From contig OX597820.1 of assembly GCA_951406725.2 (NCBI GenBank), positions 78,058,001 to 78,122,000 of the forward strand: 64,000 bases of DNA, in the 5' to 3' direction. This document shows, in pieces, positions 51,069 to 64,000 of the stretch. Made by a program: the position numbers and the translations under genes. Numbering within the stretch: position 1 is the first letter of the stretch; the number at the start of each line of letters is the position of its first letter. Under the pieces are notes generated by a model. It was not told the DNA's origin and made no database searches. It worked only from the letters and a program-made list of their open reading frames with translations. This DNA is from Octopus vulgaris. Its lineage: Eukaryota.

Positions 51069-51356
51069 AGGGAGATGAGAGATATAAAAGGAGGAAAAAT
51101 AGGAGCGAAAACCGTTTAGATATCACAAAATTTTATGAGAATTTTACCATGCATAAAATATGTATATATTTTCAAAAAAGTTTTTATAAAAATATATTAA
51201 AATATGTGAAACGAAGGCAGTTCTCTTCCCCTTTTTATATGTTTTCCACATATTTTCACTATATATATAAAGAAAAACAGAAGCTGGAAATAACATTAAT
51301 GAACAACAATTGATCTGCATCAATTATTTATTAATAATTTATAAAACGATTGGATC

Positions 51357-51474
51357 CCACCTAACAGCTGTATCTACTGCGATTGGTCTTTGGAATCACT
51401 ATTATGATGCTAAGAGAATATTTATCACAGTTGGTAATAAAACCGATTTGAATCATGGACCTTCATCAGAGTGG
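51357..51474 (-). ncRNA. Decayed hammerhead with long stem II
   Basis: ccact-CTGATGA-a-ggtcc..(long)..-GATA-cagctg-TT-aggtgg; palindromic ACAGCTGT; GAAA mutated. Confidence 0.55.
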
Positions 51475-52253
51475 TAAAATATATAATAGGAAGAGACAAG
51501 AAAAGAAGGAAATGTTGAATATGGTGAAAGGCATGTCACGTTGAGTGTAGAGCCATTAGACGATAAGTAAATGACCAACATTTAAAATAAAAGCGGTATT
51601 TGGTGGGAAATGTTTATGTACGGAGGGGGTATAGCTTAAAGTAAAAGCAATTTATGCAAATAGGATAGGACAAAGGAGGAATAAAAATGCATCAAGTTGT
51701 TAGTGATAATTGGTCAGTTAGTATTTGAGAAGAAAAGGCTAGCTATTAATAAACCGTTATTCTCCGTGGTAACTAAATGAAAGATATATGTTAGAAGGGG
51801 CTCGAAGCCGTTTAAATCAATATAAGAATAAAAATATAAACCTATAAAAATAGAAAGAAAAGAAAATAAGATTAATAAAATAATAATAAAGTTACAAAAT
51901 TTTCCAATTGGACATTTGGGAATTTTTATGGTTAAGGGGAGAAGCGTCCAAAATCCATTTAAGTCAACAATAATAAAAATTAAAATATATAAATATCAAT
52001 AAAAATCTACCAGTTGGGAATTGAGAAATATTGATGGTTAAGGAGAGATGCAAATCAACCGTTGTTCATCAATGTTCCCTACATGTTCTGTTTTCTTTAA
52101 TTTTTGATTTTTGATAAACCCCTGTTTATCCTTGCCTTTTCCTATAATTTCTGAGCATAACATTTTTGCTAATGTTTAAATATAGGAAATATACTGGTAG
52201 TATTTTGGACACTTTTGTCCCTTATACGTTTGTTTTACCCTCTATCTCAACTA

Positions 52254-52299
<46 letters not shown>

Positions 52300-52450
52300 T
52301 TCATTTAAACCAGCAGTTCGGCCAAAGATTCCGACAGAACAAATAACAGGCTTAAAACGATAAATACAGTGGTCGATTTGTTCGACTATAATACTTCAAG
52401 GCTATGCACCAGCATAGTCGCAGTCTACTGGCTGAAACAAACAAAACATA
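52300..52450 (+). mobile_element. SINE family A 3' fragment
   Basis: agcagttcggccaaag..ggtcgatttgttcgacta..caccagcatagtcgcagtc..ctgaaacaa. Confidence 0.72.
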
Positions 52451-52889
52451 AAAGATAGTATATATACATATGCATGTGTCTGTTTGTGTCTTTGTATATG
52501 TCTGTGTCTGTGTTTGTGAGTCCTTTTGTGGATAGGCATGAAAAAGTTGTACAGTATAAAAATGTGAAAATATTAATTATGTGATAATAATTAATGGAAA
52601 ATATGTGAAAGATCATAATTCATAATTGTAAAGCACTGATAACAATGTCATAAATACAGAGCGGAGTAATTTTAGTAGCGTAGGCAAATTTAAACAAGAT
52701 ACAATCAGGTTGTTAGTCACGTAAAACATATTTTCCTACTTCAAAATATTACTGTATTAAATTGACGTGACCGAAAGACGATGGGGTGAACATAAGAGAA
52801 TATAAATTTTAATTATAGTCAAAATGTTGATGATAAAAGTTTACTAGTTTTAAGTTCCACACAATACATACACTTTATCAGCATAAATA

Positions 52890-53223
52890 TATGTGTATGT
52901 ATGTATGTATGTATGTATGTATGTATGTATGTATGTATGTATGTATGTATGTATATATATGTGTGTGTGTGTGTTCATTTATATAGTGATTTTTGTAAGT
53001 GTATATGTATATGCATATTTATATATACGTAATTATGTGTATGCTTTAATGCATATTGGAATATATGTGTGTGTATGTGTGTGTAGGGGTGCACATTCAC
53101 AGATAAATGAGATACACACACATGCATAATCACCTGCAGTCTGGTTTTGAAATAATTATTTCTGTTACACTTCCATGGACAATTAATATTTCACCTGTAC
53201 GTGTGTTTGTTGGTATATGTGTG

Positions 53224-53286
<63 letters not shown>

Positions 53287-53535
53287 GTGTGTGTGTTATA
53301 CATATACATTGATATATACCTATACACATGCATGTATACATACATATATACATGCATGCATGCAGGCATACCTACCTACATACATACATGCGTACGTACG
53401 TACATACATACATACATACATACATACGTACGTACGTACGTACATACATACATACATACATACATACATACATACATACATACATACATACATACATACA
53501 TACATACATACATACATACATACATACATACATAG
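52890..53535. repeat. (TATG)n, (TA)n and (TACA)n microsatellite cluster
   Basis: Visible. Confidence 0.92.
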
Positions 53536-54106
53536 AACATAAACTATTGCCTTAATGTTTATTTGCTTATATCTTTGAAATTTTCGTAATAATTCAGGAC
53601 TGTAATGAAATTTATTTCTTGTATAGATGACCATGATAATTACGAGTGTGTAATATCGATTCGTATAATGGCAATGATTTTTTTCATGTCACACTTTGGA
53701 AAAGAAGATTTAACGATTTTAAATTTAAAATTATGTTCTTCGCAACACTGTATAGCTGGTACATCACAGAACATTAGAAGATAAATTACCAAAGATGATC
53801 TTGAAAGGAATTATTTATTACTTTTATCAGAATGGACAGAATAGCAAGTTCTTCAAATATGTTGAAAGCTCTTTTAAATTTGCAAAGGTTTTAGCTATTA
53901 TCTGATGTACCATAGTTCCAAGGATTCAACTTCACACTGGAAAGCGATTATGGTCATATAAATGAAGAACGAAAATGGGAGGAGAATCTTTATATCTTTA
54001 AAACATTTTCACACCTGTAAACAAGGATGACAGTTAACAGAAAATATGTATATACATCTGGATATTGCTATATTTCCCCACACACAAGCACATATACATA
54101 CATATC

Positions 54107-54161
<55 letters not shown>

Positions 54162-54262
54162 GTATGGTGTATGACAGCATCTGATGATCTGTTCGACATT
54201 TTGATTCTGTGACACATATATAAATATGTATATGTATGTGTGTATGTATGCATGTATGTATG

Positions 54263-54307
<45 letters not shown>

Positions 54308-54309
54308 AT

Positions 54310-54530
54310 ATAATAAGCAAATACAAAAAACAAAAATAACAAATCTCCAAAGGACACCTCAAAGGAAGCCAAGAAGTTCAAGAGTAAAAGTTTAGGAGTA
54401 AAATGATAACGGTTCGGACATAGAATTTCGTCAGGTACTAGAGAAAAGCCCCGCAGAGACACAGGGAAGAAAGAAGTGTCTAAGGGAGATAAAAATTAGT
54501 AATGAGAAACATGATATCGCATGCGACAGG
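54310..54530 (-). mobile_element. Short repeat with decayed hammerhead-like motif (54405-54438)
   Basis: Minus strand: CTGACGA-a-attctatgtcc-GAAC-cgtt; stems poorly preserved; ends in a TA-rich tract. Confidence 0.4.
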
Positions 54531-54619
54531 AAAATATGACATGTATGTATATATCATATATATATGCATGGTGATTTGAGGGTCTTTTGCAGTTCATGCA
54601 TACATAGAATATCAGATTC

Positions 54620-54758
54620 AAATTTTGGCACGATGCCATCAAGTTAAGGGGAGGGAGAAAGTCGATTACATCAACCCCGGAATTTGAACTCAGAACGGAA
54701 ATATGGACGAAATACTGCTAAAAATTTTGCCCGGCATGCTAACGTTTCTGCCAACTCC
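54620..54758 (-). mobile_element. SINE family B (internally deleted)
   Basis: ggaatttgaactcagaacg..gacgaaatactgctaa..ttttgcccggcatgctaacgtttctgcca. Confidence 0.8.
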
Positions 54759-54874
54759 CTACCTTCTCCTATACCTAAAATATTGATAATTTGATATTGT
54801 TTTGAATATATTTCTAATCTTGTAATTGCCTGTTATCTCCATGTTTATATACATATGGATACACATACATATAC

Positions 54875-54978
<104 letters not shown>

Positions 54979-55032
54979 TTATATATACATATAAATAAAT
55001 ACATACATTCATATACATATATATATATACAT

Positions 55033-55198
55033 ATCGCTAGCCACTACACATTCTTTACTTTCTTGTGTTCCTTTCTTTGGAAGAGCTTAGGCTCGAAACG
55101 TTAAAGACTTTTTCATTTCCCGAGCGTTAAACTAATACATCTGTTTGTTGTCTACACTACCTGCCTTCGTCTTTTGCTTTTTTGTGATTTCACCCTAT
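55033..55198 (+). mobile_element. PLE-type short repeat with hammerhead scaffold 55071-55106
   Basis: cttt-CTTTGGA-a-gagc-ttag-gctc-GAAA-cg-TT-aaag: stems I and II and the AACGTT palindrome are intact, core mutated; flanked by (TA)n. Confidence 0.7.
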
Positions 55199-55224
55199 AT
55201 ATATATATATATATATATAATATC

Positions 55225-56040
55225 AGCACTGCTCAGGGCCAGCAGTCAAGGAATTTGTTCCGATATTTGTCCAACAAAACAAGATTTTGAAGAAAGCAAA
55301 AAACAAAATGGAAAATGAAACAACAAAAAATACTAACTGAACTTGGGGGAAAAAGATAAGACAAAGGAATTTAAAACATAAATATATACATACATAAAGC
55401 TGTCCTAAAATGTCATCCCGATACTACCTCCCTATGCAGTACGATGTTGTTGCTAAAACAATTTATAATGCCATCCATGAAAAAGACTGTCCTGAAGTAA
55501 ACTTAGAAAATCCGTCTGTTATGGAATACATTCATAAACACCAACTCAAGGAATACTGGTGGAATATTCCCAACAAAACATCCGTCAAACGTAAACATAA
55601 CAACCCGGATATTGTTGATTGGGACAGAGGGGCAAAGTTATGTTCCATCTTAGAGGTCACCTGTTCTGCTAATAGAAATATTACCTTGAAAATTTAAGAA
55701 AAAGAGATATCTATGGACAACTGCTTTCAAACCTCCAGCTTCTATATCCATACTATGAATTCATATTCATACCAATAAATGGGGCACTAGGTTTTGTTAG
55801 TACACGCTTAAAGGAGAATCTGCATAAACTGGCATTTTCAGAAAGAGAAATAGACCTTCTAATTCGTACATTACAAGTGCAATCTGTGAGTGGAACAATA
55901 AAAACATGCAAGACTTTTCTCAAGTTCCAAATGAGAATTTGTCTGTGTTAACTCTAGTTCGGAGGGAGCCTCACCTCTTTGTTGCAAACTGGCTCCCTCC
56001 TCAGTGGAAGAATTATAATAATTAAAAATTAGAAGAGACG
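55225..56040 (+). mobile_element. 3' fragment of an RLE-type non-LTR retrotransposon (R4/Dong-like)
   Basis: SCPKMSSRYYLPMQYDVVAKTIY, KHNNPDIVDWD..ILEVTCS..ITLKI*EKE, GALGFV; 3' UTR hairpin ggagggagcc/ggctccctcc (55961-56000). Confidence 0.85.
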
Positions 56041-56096
56041 CATACATACATACATACAAATATATATATATACACGTGTGTGTGTGTGTTTGTTTG

Positions 56097-56127
<31 letters not shown>

Positions 56128-56162
56128 CTATGTGTCTGTGTGTGTGTGTGTATGTGTGTGTG

Positions 56163-56223
56163 TAAAAGCAGCAGAAATATAACAATGTAACAATATAGCT
56201 TTTGTTATATTCTGCTGCTTTTA
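56163..56223. repeat. Short fold-back (~22-bp arms) at the start of a TA-terminated repeat
   Basis: taaaagcagcagaaatataacaa / ttgttatattctgctgctttta. Confidence 0.85.
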
Positions 56224-57975
56224 AATAAAGCATATTACTCTACTTCTGGTATTTGAGTACTCTTTTTTCCACCTTGATTCACATTTATATGCTTACTCCG
56301 GTATATATATAACTCTCATACCTTTCATAACGTTCATATTTTCACTTTCTTTTTCTCGTTTTAGTTTTTGTGGCTGAGATGGAATAAAAATTGCCGGAAA
56401 GCTGGTAAATACTGTAGAAGTGAACCGACATTACTCTCACTCTTTTCGCTAAAGTATACACTGTGTTTCAACCACAGCACGGACTTATAGATTATGTTAA
56501 AATCTTTGGAAAATGCACGAATGTGAATGTATTCACAGATATATCCATAAACACATACTATCATTGCATTGTCTAATTTACTCACCAATTTTTTGTTTCT
56601 CTGTGTATGTGCGTGCGTGCGTGCGTGCGTGTATATGTGTGTGTGTGTGCGCTTGTGTGTGTGTGTGTGTATACTCCAATATGGCAGTTGTCCAATGTCT
56701 GCAGTAGCTAAAAGAACAAAACTGTAGATGTGTATATGAACAAGAACTAAGTCGATGAAAATATGCGTATATGCATATATGTGCGTATGTATATACTGAA
56801 AACCTAACAAAAAAGACCTATTTAATTTAATTCCCCGAATATTTGTATATGAAACAAACATAAAAATTTCTATCGATTTATTTTATATACTTTATATTTC
56901 TGTGTTATGAACGATTTGTTTTTCTAATATTTTTTTTTTCTATTTTAAATATTCCATTTATTGAATATTTGAAGCCAATTTTTTTCTTGATAATTCAATT
57001 CCCAGCTTTGGTTTGCTATTACAAAACTTGAATCACTGTTTGACGTTTAAAAAAAAAAATAATGAATGAATTTTCATATAATTGTCTTTAATCTCTAACT
57101 AAATCATAATGCCAGTCAAATGCTCATTTTTATAAAAAATAAACTTTGTAAAATAAATAGTCTACTTTCCTTCTTTCTTTTTCACTCTTTTGAAGACTAC
57201 GTATTATATCACAATTTAAATCGCCTCGAATATTCAACAAGAAATCGCCAATTATCAGTCTGGCTCTCTACTCGTTTTAGAGAGGTGCATTGACTTCTAA
57301 AGCAAAGAATGAGTTAGAGATTAACAAAAAATAAATCATCGATTTATTAAATCGACTGAGAAAACACATGAGTCATTGATTTTTCATTTCTCGTTGACAC
57401 AGCGAATTGAGATAGTTGATTGCCAAAAGAAATTTTGCTCACGTCCATATTAGTTTAATAACAGGTCACCGTTGCGACGTCATTATTCAAGCAACAATTT
57501 AACAACTTAAACCAATTCATTACATTACTTCTTCTACCACTTTCTTTGTGTCTTTCCCTCACATTCGAGAGAGACGGAGAAACAAACAGTATATAAATAT
57601 CGGTGTCCGTATTGTATTTCAACAACACAAGAAATAAGAAGTGTTTCGTTTATATCGTAGTGGAAGTTAATTTATAAACTGGCTTCATATGACAAATCTC
57701 TCACTGAAAAGGCTTCGATAAATTAATCTCGGATACAAAGTTCAAAGTATGTTAGTGGTTTGCGGTATTGCTTGTTTTTAGTTTTGTTGGTTATGTTGTT
57801 GTTGGTAGTAGCAGTAGTAGTAGTAGTTTAGTAGCAGCAGCAGAGCTGTTTGCTATAGTTGGTGTTGTAGCCATTCCTATGATTTCGTACCTGATATATT
57901 TTTGTAAATTCTCAAGATACTTGTACATATATAAACATATATATGTATATAACTCTCAAGATACTGGTGTATACA

Positions 57976-58028
<53 letters not shown>

Positions 58029-58029
58029 T

Positions 58030-58064
<35 letters not shown>

Positions 58065-58534
58065 TGTTGTATATATATATGCTAGTGCATATATTATATA
58101 TATATGCTAGTGTATATATCATATATATGTTTTTACACTGGTGTATATATAAATAAAGAGGTATTATTGCAATTATCTATAGTAATAATAAGGTGGCTAG
58201 CAAGTTCACACCTTTACAGGTACAATATAGAGTAAGTTAAGATACAGTAGGGTATATAATACCACTTGCTAAAATCAGAGTCATTGCTCCAAAAACCACC
58301 ATAAAACTTAGGATAAACTTACACACGAGCAATGCAATGAGTATATGAGACATAGGCTTACCTTTGCGTTGAATACATCAGTAAGTAGTGTGTATTTCAA
58401 TAACAATTGATTTCACTCTTTTCATGACAAACATGCTCGGCGATCTTCAGTTTAAACTAACAATTTAATATATATTTCTAAAATATTCACTACGTTAGCT
58501 CGTGTGTGTCCTTATCGTATATATATATATATAT

Positions 58535-58735
58535 CACATGATCACATGACCGACCAGGCCAACCGAAGTAAGAGTGAGAGAAAGTTGTGTTGAAAGAGTA
58601 CAGCAGGGGTCACCACTACACCCTACCGGAGCATCGAGGAACTCAATAAACACTCACAACGCCCGTCTGGGAATCGAAACCGTGATTCTACGACAGCGAG
58701 TCCGCTGGCCTAACCACTGGGCTATTGCGCCTCCA
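58535..58735 (-). mobile_element. SINE family D (internally deleted)
   Basis: Head ggaggcgcaatagcccagtggttaggccagcggactcgctgtcgtagaatcacggtttcgattccc; tail matches 7948-7975. Confidence 0.82.
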
Positions 58736-58758
58736 CACACAGACATATATATGTATGT

Positions 58759-58835
<77 letters not shown>

Positions 58836-59243
58836 CAGCTTCGCTTTCACTTCTCAGAATGTATGAGGAGAAATATGCTTGCGGGTTATTAACATCACGC
58901 CCTGTAGGTATGAATAAGATGACAGGAGACTATCATCAAATTTATACAAAGCTGTTTGATTAAATATACTTTTTCTTTCCTTTTTTCTGTCGTCTTCTTG
59001 TTTCTGTTTTTTTTTCTGTCTTTCTCTTTTGCCTGTTATAAAATTGTAACTTAAAAAGCTGATGATGTCATTCCATCAACGTGTGGACACTGGTTGATCT
59101 CGTTCATATTTTACAATTAAATTTCTGTAATTTTGAATTTTTATCACTTCTTATTTTGAACTTGACAAAGACAGACGTACTGTTGAAAAAGCTTTCAACT
59201 ACTAAAATATCTTACAATCGAATCGCGCTCTTCGTCTCGACAA

Positions 59244-59762
<519 letters not shown>

Positions 59763-60259
59763 TGAAGAAGAAGTACTTCACTGACAAAGTCGCGAAAATA
59801 ACGGACCAAAAGGTAACTGGATACGTGAAGAATATATTTCTGCTCAATATGCATATGTTACAGCGACACTCTGTACAAGAAAATTAAACTACAAGAAGAC
59901 ATTGTTTATAGAATGTGAAGGAAAAATAACTCAGACCTACATATATCAGCTTTCCTGAAAATACAAAGAAAACACGCAAGGTGCAAGAAAACATAAAACT
60001 CAAAGAAACAACACTGCAAGAGAAACTCATTACTAAAAGAAACCAACGAAACCTGAGAACAATGACAGCACAATGGTCGGCAAAAATACACTCAAAATAA
60101 CTGAAACAAGGAAAAAGGCTTAAATATAAAACGGTTTAGTTCTTAATGTGTCAGTCCCATGAAGAGAATAATACTACTGCTATTTAGCCCTAGGAAGTAG
60201 TAGCGCTTCCTGTCGGCCTTCACACATTTCCTGTGTCCTTAGGTTTACCTTTTGGTCCG

Positions 60260-60323
<64 letters not shown>

Positions 60324-60331
60324 ATATATAT

Positions 60332-60452
60332 TTCTATATTTAAGAGACAAGGAATTATGTACATTATTTACATTATTTACATTTTACGATATTTGTCCTC
60401 ATCTTGTTTATTGTTGACACAATGTTTCGGCTGATAAACCCTCCAGCCTTCA
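60332..60452 (-). mobile_element. Tail of the tRNA-head/hammerhead element, truncated within the catalytic core
   Basis: Minus strand: TGA-a-ggctg-gagggtttat-cagcc-GAAA-ca-TT-gtgtc-aacaataaacaagatgaggacaaata. Confidence 0.8.
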
Positions 60453-60514
60453 CTAGAATTCTAATATGTTTACAATAGCTAGATAGGCATCTCCAACTAG
60501 CAGGCCATACTACT

Positions 60515-60555
60515 CCAGACTGATAACGAGCAAAGACTCAGAAACTAGTCTCTGG
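60515..60555 (+). ncRNA. Minimal hammerhead motif (G8A in this copy)
   Basis: ccaga-CTGATAA-cgag-caaaga-ctca-GAAA-ctag-TC-tctgg: perfect 5-bp stem I, ACTAGT palindrome, GUC site. Confidence 0.72.
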
Positions 60556-60849
60556 CTGCAGGCTTAGCTAGGGGGAGGTGCTTGTCTCCCCCTTGTAAAT
60601 ATAAGGGCACAGGAAATGTGTCAAGGCCGACAGGAAGCGTTGCTGCTTCCTAGGGATAAATAGCAGTAGTATTATTCCCTTAATGGGACTGTCACAATAA
60701 GTTGACAGTATACAACTACTTTATCGTATCACTACTGCATAAATCTCTCTGAGAGATTTAGAAATGTGTTATTTCTAAGTTTAATTCTGGAAATCGTCTA
60801 ACAAATTAATGACACAAATAATTCAAAACTTATAGCAAGGTTTTTATGC

Positions 60850-61910
60850 AGACCTCCCCGTGATTATTGAACGATAGTGTAACAAAAGTCCCTCCTTTTT
60901 CATCATGGACACATCTCAAAGGATACAAACATGAACAATTTGAATGAAATATATACTGAAACGACTATAGTTACAAACTGTAGTTACAAACCAAAATGGA
61001 AACCCTCTCAGATGTACTTTTAACGATACATTCAAAATTAATCGAAATAAAAAAAGAAAATGGGGTAACAACAGAAATATACAAAATAAAAGAAATTATT
61101 TCTCTGCTTTCAATGAAATCAATAGCGAAAAGACGCGGTGGAAGGAGATACCAAGGACTAAAGAAATACATTAGAAACAAACCAGTAATCAAAATGAAAG
61201 AACGCCTGAAACAGTCTTTGCGAAACCTTAAAAATATGTCGGATTGAAAATCGACAACAAGTTTTTAATAAAATAACTCATTCCACTCCAAACCAAAACA
61301 ATTTTATCAAGCACTTGATAAAGTGAAAAATGTAAAATAGAAATAAATGCTGCGCTAAAAGCAATAGCTGGGAAATTTTCAGTAAGAGGATAACGGAAAG
61401 CGAATTATTTTTTTGGAAGATGAAATTATTCAAAGCGATCAGCTCAGACTTTTAATAATTTCAAGACATGACATTGGCATTAGGTACAATGCTGCAAATT
61501 ACAAACAACTGGAATGTAATAGGATAAAAATGATTCCAAACTTTTGGTTAAAATATTCAAAAGGAACATATAACGTGTCAGTGAAGATGTTTAAAATGAA
61601 ATACTATTACAACGCGAGCTATATGTGGCGAGGTCACAGAAGGGATACTAACCTAGCCGCCAAAACCAATAGAAGAATATATCAGGAAAACTATTGTCCC
61701 ATAATCTAGATCTCCACAGGCAAAACGATCATAATTGAAACATCATTGCAGGGACGAATCAAACTTACGGAAGAAAGTATTTCCAGAAGAGCTGCAAGTC
61801 TCATATGGGTGTAAAGATTAATGACAAATCAACAAAAACATAAACGAAGAGTGTACCAAGATAAATGAGAGCCACCAGACAAACAGGTCCTGGGAGTATT
61901 AGTTCTGAGT
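60850..61910 (+). mobile_element. Decayed R4/Dong-like non-LTR retrotransposon fragment
   Basis: KERLKQSL, FHSKPKQFYQAL, MIPNFWLKY, ENYCPII, FPEELQ in the order of the pre-RT and RT domains 0-2. Confidence 0.6.
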
Positions 61911-62279
61911 AAGGTAATATGCTACAAGAAACTTTATGATGAGAATATCACAAATAAGTTTGGAGATACAAAGTAAAAATGAGAGTCCTAACAGTTAAAC
62001 ATTTCTATTAGAAGCGGAAAATTACAATGGAAATTCTTCGTTTCCATTTTCTGCTTTACGTTGAGATCTTTAAAAGCAGGCCAAATAGAATAAGACTTCG
62101 ATACAAAAGTTACGGTAAGACAGCCATCTTTTGTATATGAACGGACTAAAAATGTCTGCTGTAAATTATAAAACAACTCTGATTGTACGTACATTTGCCA
62201 AGCAAACTGATGTGAGACTCGGTTAAAAGAATGCGCGAACGCAACTTTGAAGAAAGATACAAAATTAATTTTTCTAATA

Positions 62280-62450
62280 TAGTCTCAAAGCCTGGTCATT
62301 GGAGAAGGATGTCAGTCGATTACAAGAATCCCAGTATTTGACCGGTGTTTTATTTTATCAACCCGAAAAGGATGAAAGTCAAATTTGACCTCAGCGGTAT
62401 TTCAACTTGGAACGAATAAAGCCTGAAGAAATGTCACTAAACTTTTTGTC
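62280..62450 (-). mobile_element. SINE family B
   Basis: gtcgattacaagaatcccagtatttgaccggt..ttttatcaacccgaaaaggatgaaag..gacctcagcgg. Confidence 0.72.
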
Positions 62451-62949
62451 TAATCAGCATCCTTACTACAGTTACAAAATAAATAAAACTAAAGTCTATT
62501 TGCCAACGTGAAGCGGTAGTCCCGCTTACAACGATGTTACTACTGTGTAACCCAAGGAAAACATCTTTTCCAGCTGGCAACCGATACGTCATCCGTGTCC
62601 GTAAACTGTTAGGGTGCTCCCCACTCCAGCCTTAGCGATAACTGCAGACCAATAGTTTCTAGACAATGTCCCTTCCTCGGGACATGACAATCGCTGACTA
62701 GAGATGGCAGCCACTCGACCTCGCCTACATCATATACTTTTAAAGGGACACACAATCACTGACCTCGTAAAGAGAAAAACAATTAATTTTAAGTCTCTGA
62801 GCGAGAAATATGTAGTAACAGTACTGCATAGTAAAGTCTATTTGCAGTACTTTTACTACTTATTTCTCGCTCAGAGATTTAAACTATTTGTTTTTCTCCT
62901 TAAATTTAACTAATTTTACAATGAAGGAACAAACTTAACAGAATTGAGA

Positions 62950-63720
62950 ATTTCGTAAACACAGGCGGAAACTATTTAATAGTCAATGAACTAGTATGCA
63001 AGGCACAAGAATAGGACACGATTAGTAAATAATTTTACAGGCAGGTTAGATTAATATTAAAACAGATGTAAAGTGTAAGCTAAGGCGCACCAATAATCTA
63101 ATGGTCGTGCTATAAGTCATAGCTATTGCATTCTATATTGGACTCTAAACTTAGAAACACTAGGCAGGAAAACAGGATTATAAATCAATTTTGAATCCAA
63201 TATCTAACAGAAAAAGAATATATTTACTACATGTACAGAGAGATATGTGCAAAGATGTGTACTAAAGAAAAGTAAAAATATCTAGAAAAGATTAATATGA
63301 AACTAACAAACAGCTACAAATCTGAAGAAAGTAAGTATTTTCTGTCGTCAAGGAAGTTTAGAAGTAGAAAACAGAAACTGAAGTGTTAGAGCTTCAATGA
63401 CAAGTAGTAACAAAAACATAAATTGTGAAATGGCTAAAATCTGAGCTAAAAATACTTTGACAAATCGATGGCACGTAAAGATCCTTCATGACCTTTAGAG
63501 GGAAAAAGTTAGACAGTTTGGGAGTAGACAATTAAAATCGCATTACTGTTTGACACTGAAGGATTCGTCAATGTGGCACAAGATTAAACCCACAGTAAGC
63601 ATGTGTGAAGCATAATATAATAATTGAATGATAGGAGGAGATGAGGATGAAACAATAAACCGTTTTGAGACTGAATGTCTAATCTGAGACATCGAGAGAA
63701 AATTGGGAGCTGCACAGGAA
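62950..63720 (+). mobile_element. Decayed R4/Dong-like post-RT/zinc-knuckle fragment
   Basis: SYCILYWT, FDTEGFVNVAQD*, DEDETINRFETEC resemble YSFGIIxWT, ETEGFxxAAQDQ and ETIxHIxSGC. Confidence 0.55.
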
Positions 63721-64000
63721 GTTATGCCAGCATTATTAAATACGAAAGAAAAAAATATGTATGGTTGCTAGCACTGCTGCTGCTGCAGCTGTTGTTGTTG
63801 GTTTGTTGTTGTTTTTACAGATTAGAAAATAAACCTATAATCTAAATTATTCGTGCTTTGACTTTTAGCATCTTTTTTACTAAATCTCCTACTACTTTTT
63901 GTACAAAGTGTCCTTTGTTTATTCAAAACAGCGAGTGAGGTATGATTTGAAGGAAATTCGACTTAACTAATACCAAACACTTGCCTGCGCCTTGTAATTG

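Larger units (their letters stand above)
60142..60701. mobile_element. Fold-back element: inverted arm 60142-60248, direct arm 60595-60701, hammerhead upstream of the direct arm
   Basis: ~105-bp arms (aataatactactgctattta.ccctaggaag..cgcttcctgtcggcctt.acacatttcctgtg). Confidence 0.8.

Overview
AT-rich, microsatellite-dense eukaryotic DNA with no host protein-coding exon that I can support. The repeat inventory (tRNA-derived SINEs, RTE/CR1/R4 LINE remnants, mariners, many (TA)n/(TACA)n/(GATA)n tracts) suggests a cephalopod, probably Octopus, intergenic or intronic region; this is inference. Most ORF-track entries are microsatellite artefacts. The real coding signal comes from decayed transposons: a near full-length RTE/BovB-like LINE (1742-5170, -), three CR1-clade 3' fragments, RTE fragments, R4/Dong-like RLE-LINE fragments, three mariners, a Tc1-like element and two probable Penelope-like (PLE) ORF remnants. 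The most striking unannotated structure is non-coding: roughly 15-20 complete, partial or decayed minimal type-I hammerhead ribozyme (HHR) motifs from several unrelated short repeat families. They carry the palindromic stem III typical of PLE-associated dimeric HHRs, mostly end in (TA)n tracts, and repeatedly sit in head-to-head fold-back structures whose axis lies in or next to the ribozyme. One family couples a Pol III tRNA-derived head, a trinucleotide microsatellite and a hammerhead tail (28800-29372; 59247-59762; 60332-60452): a candidate ribozyme-bearing, PLE-mobilised SINE. All calls were made by eye, element ends are approximate, and no folding or database searches were run.
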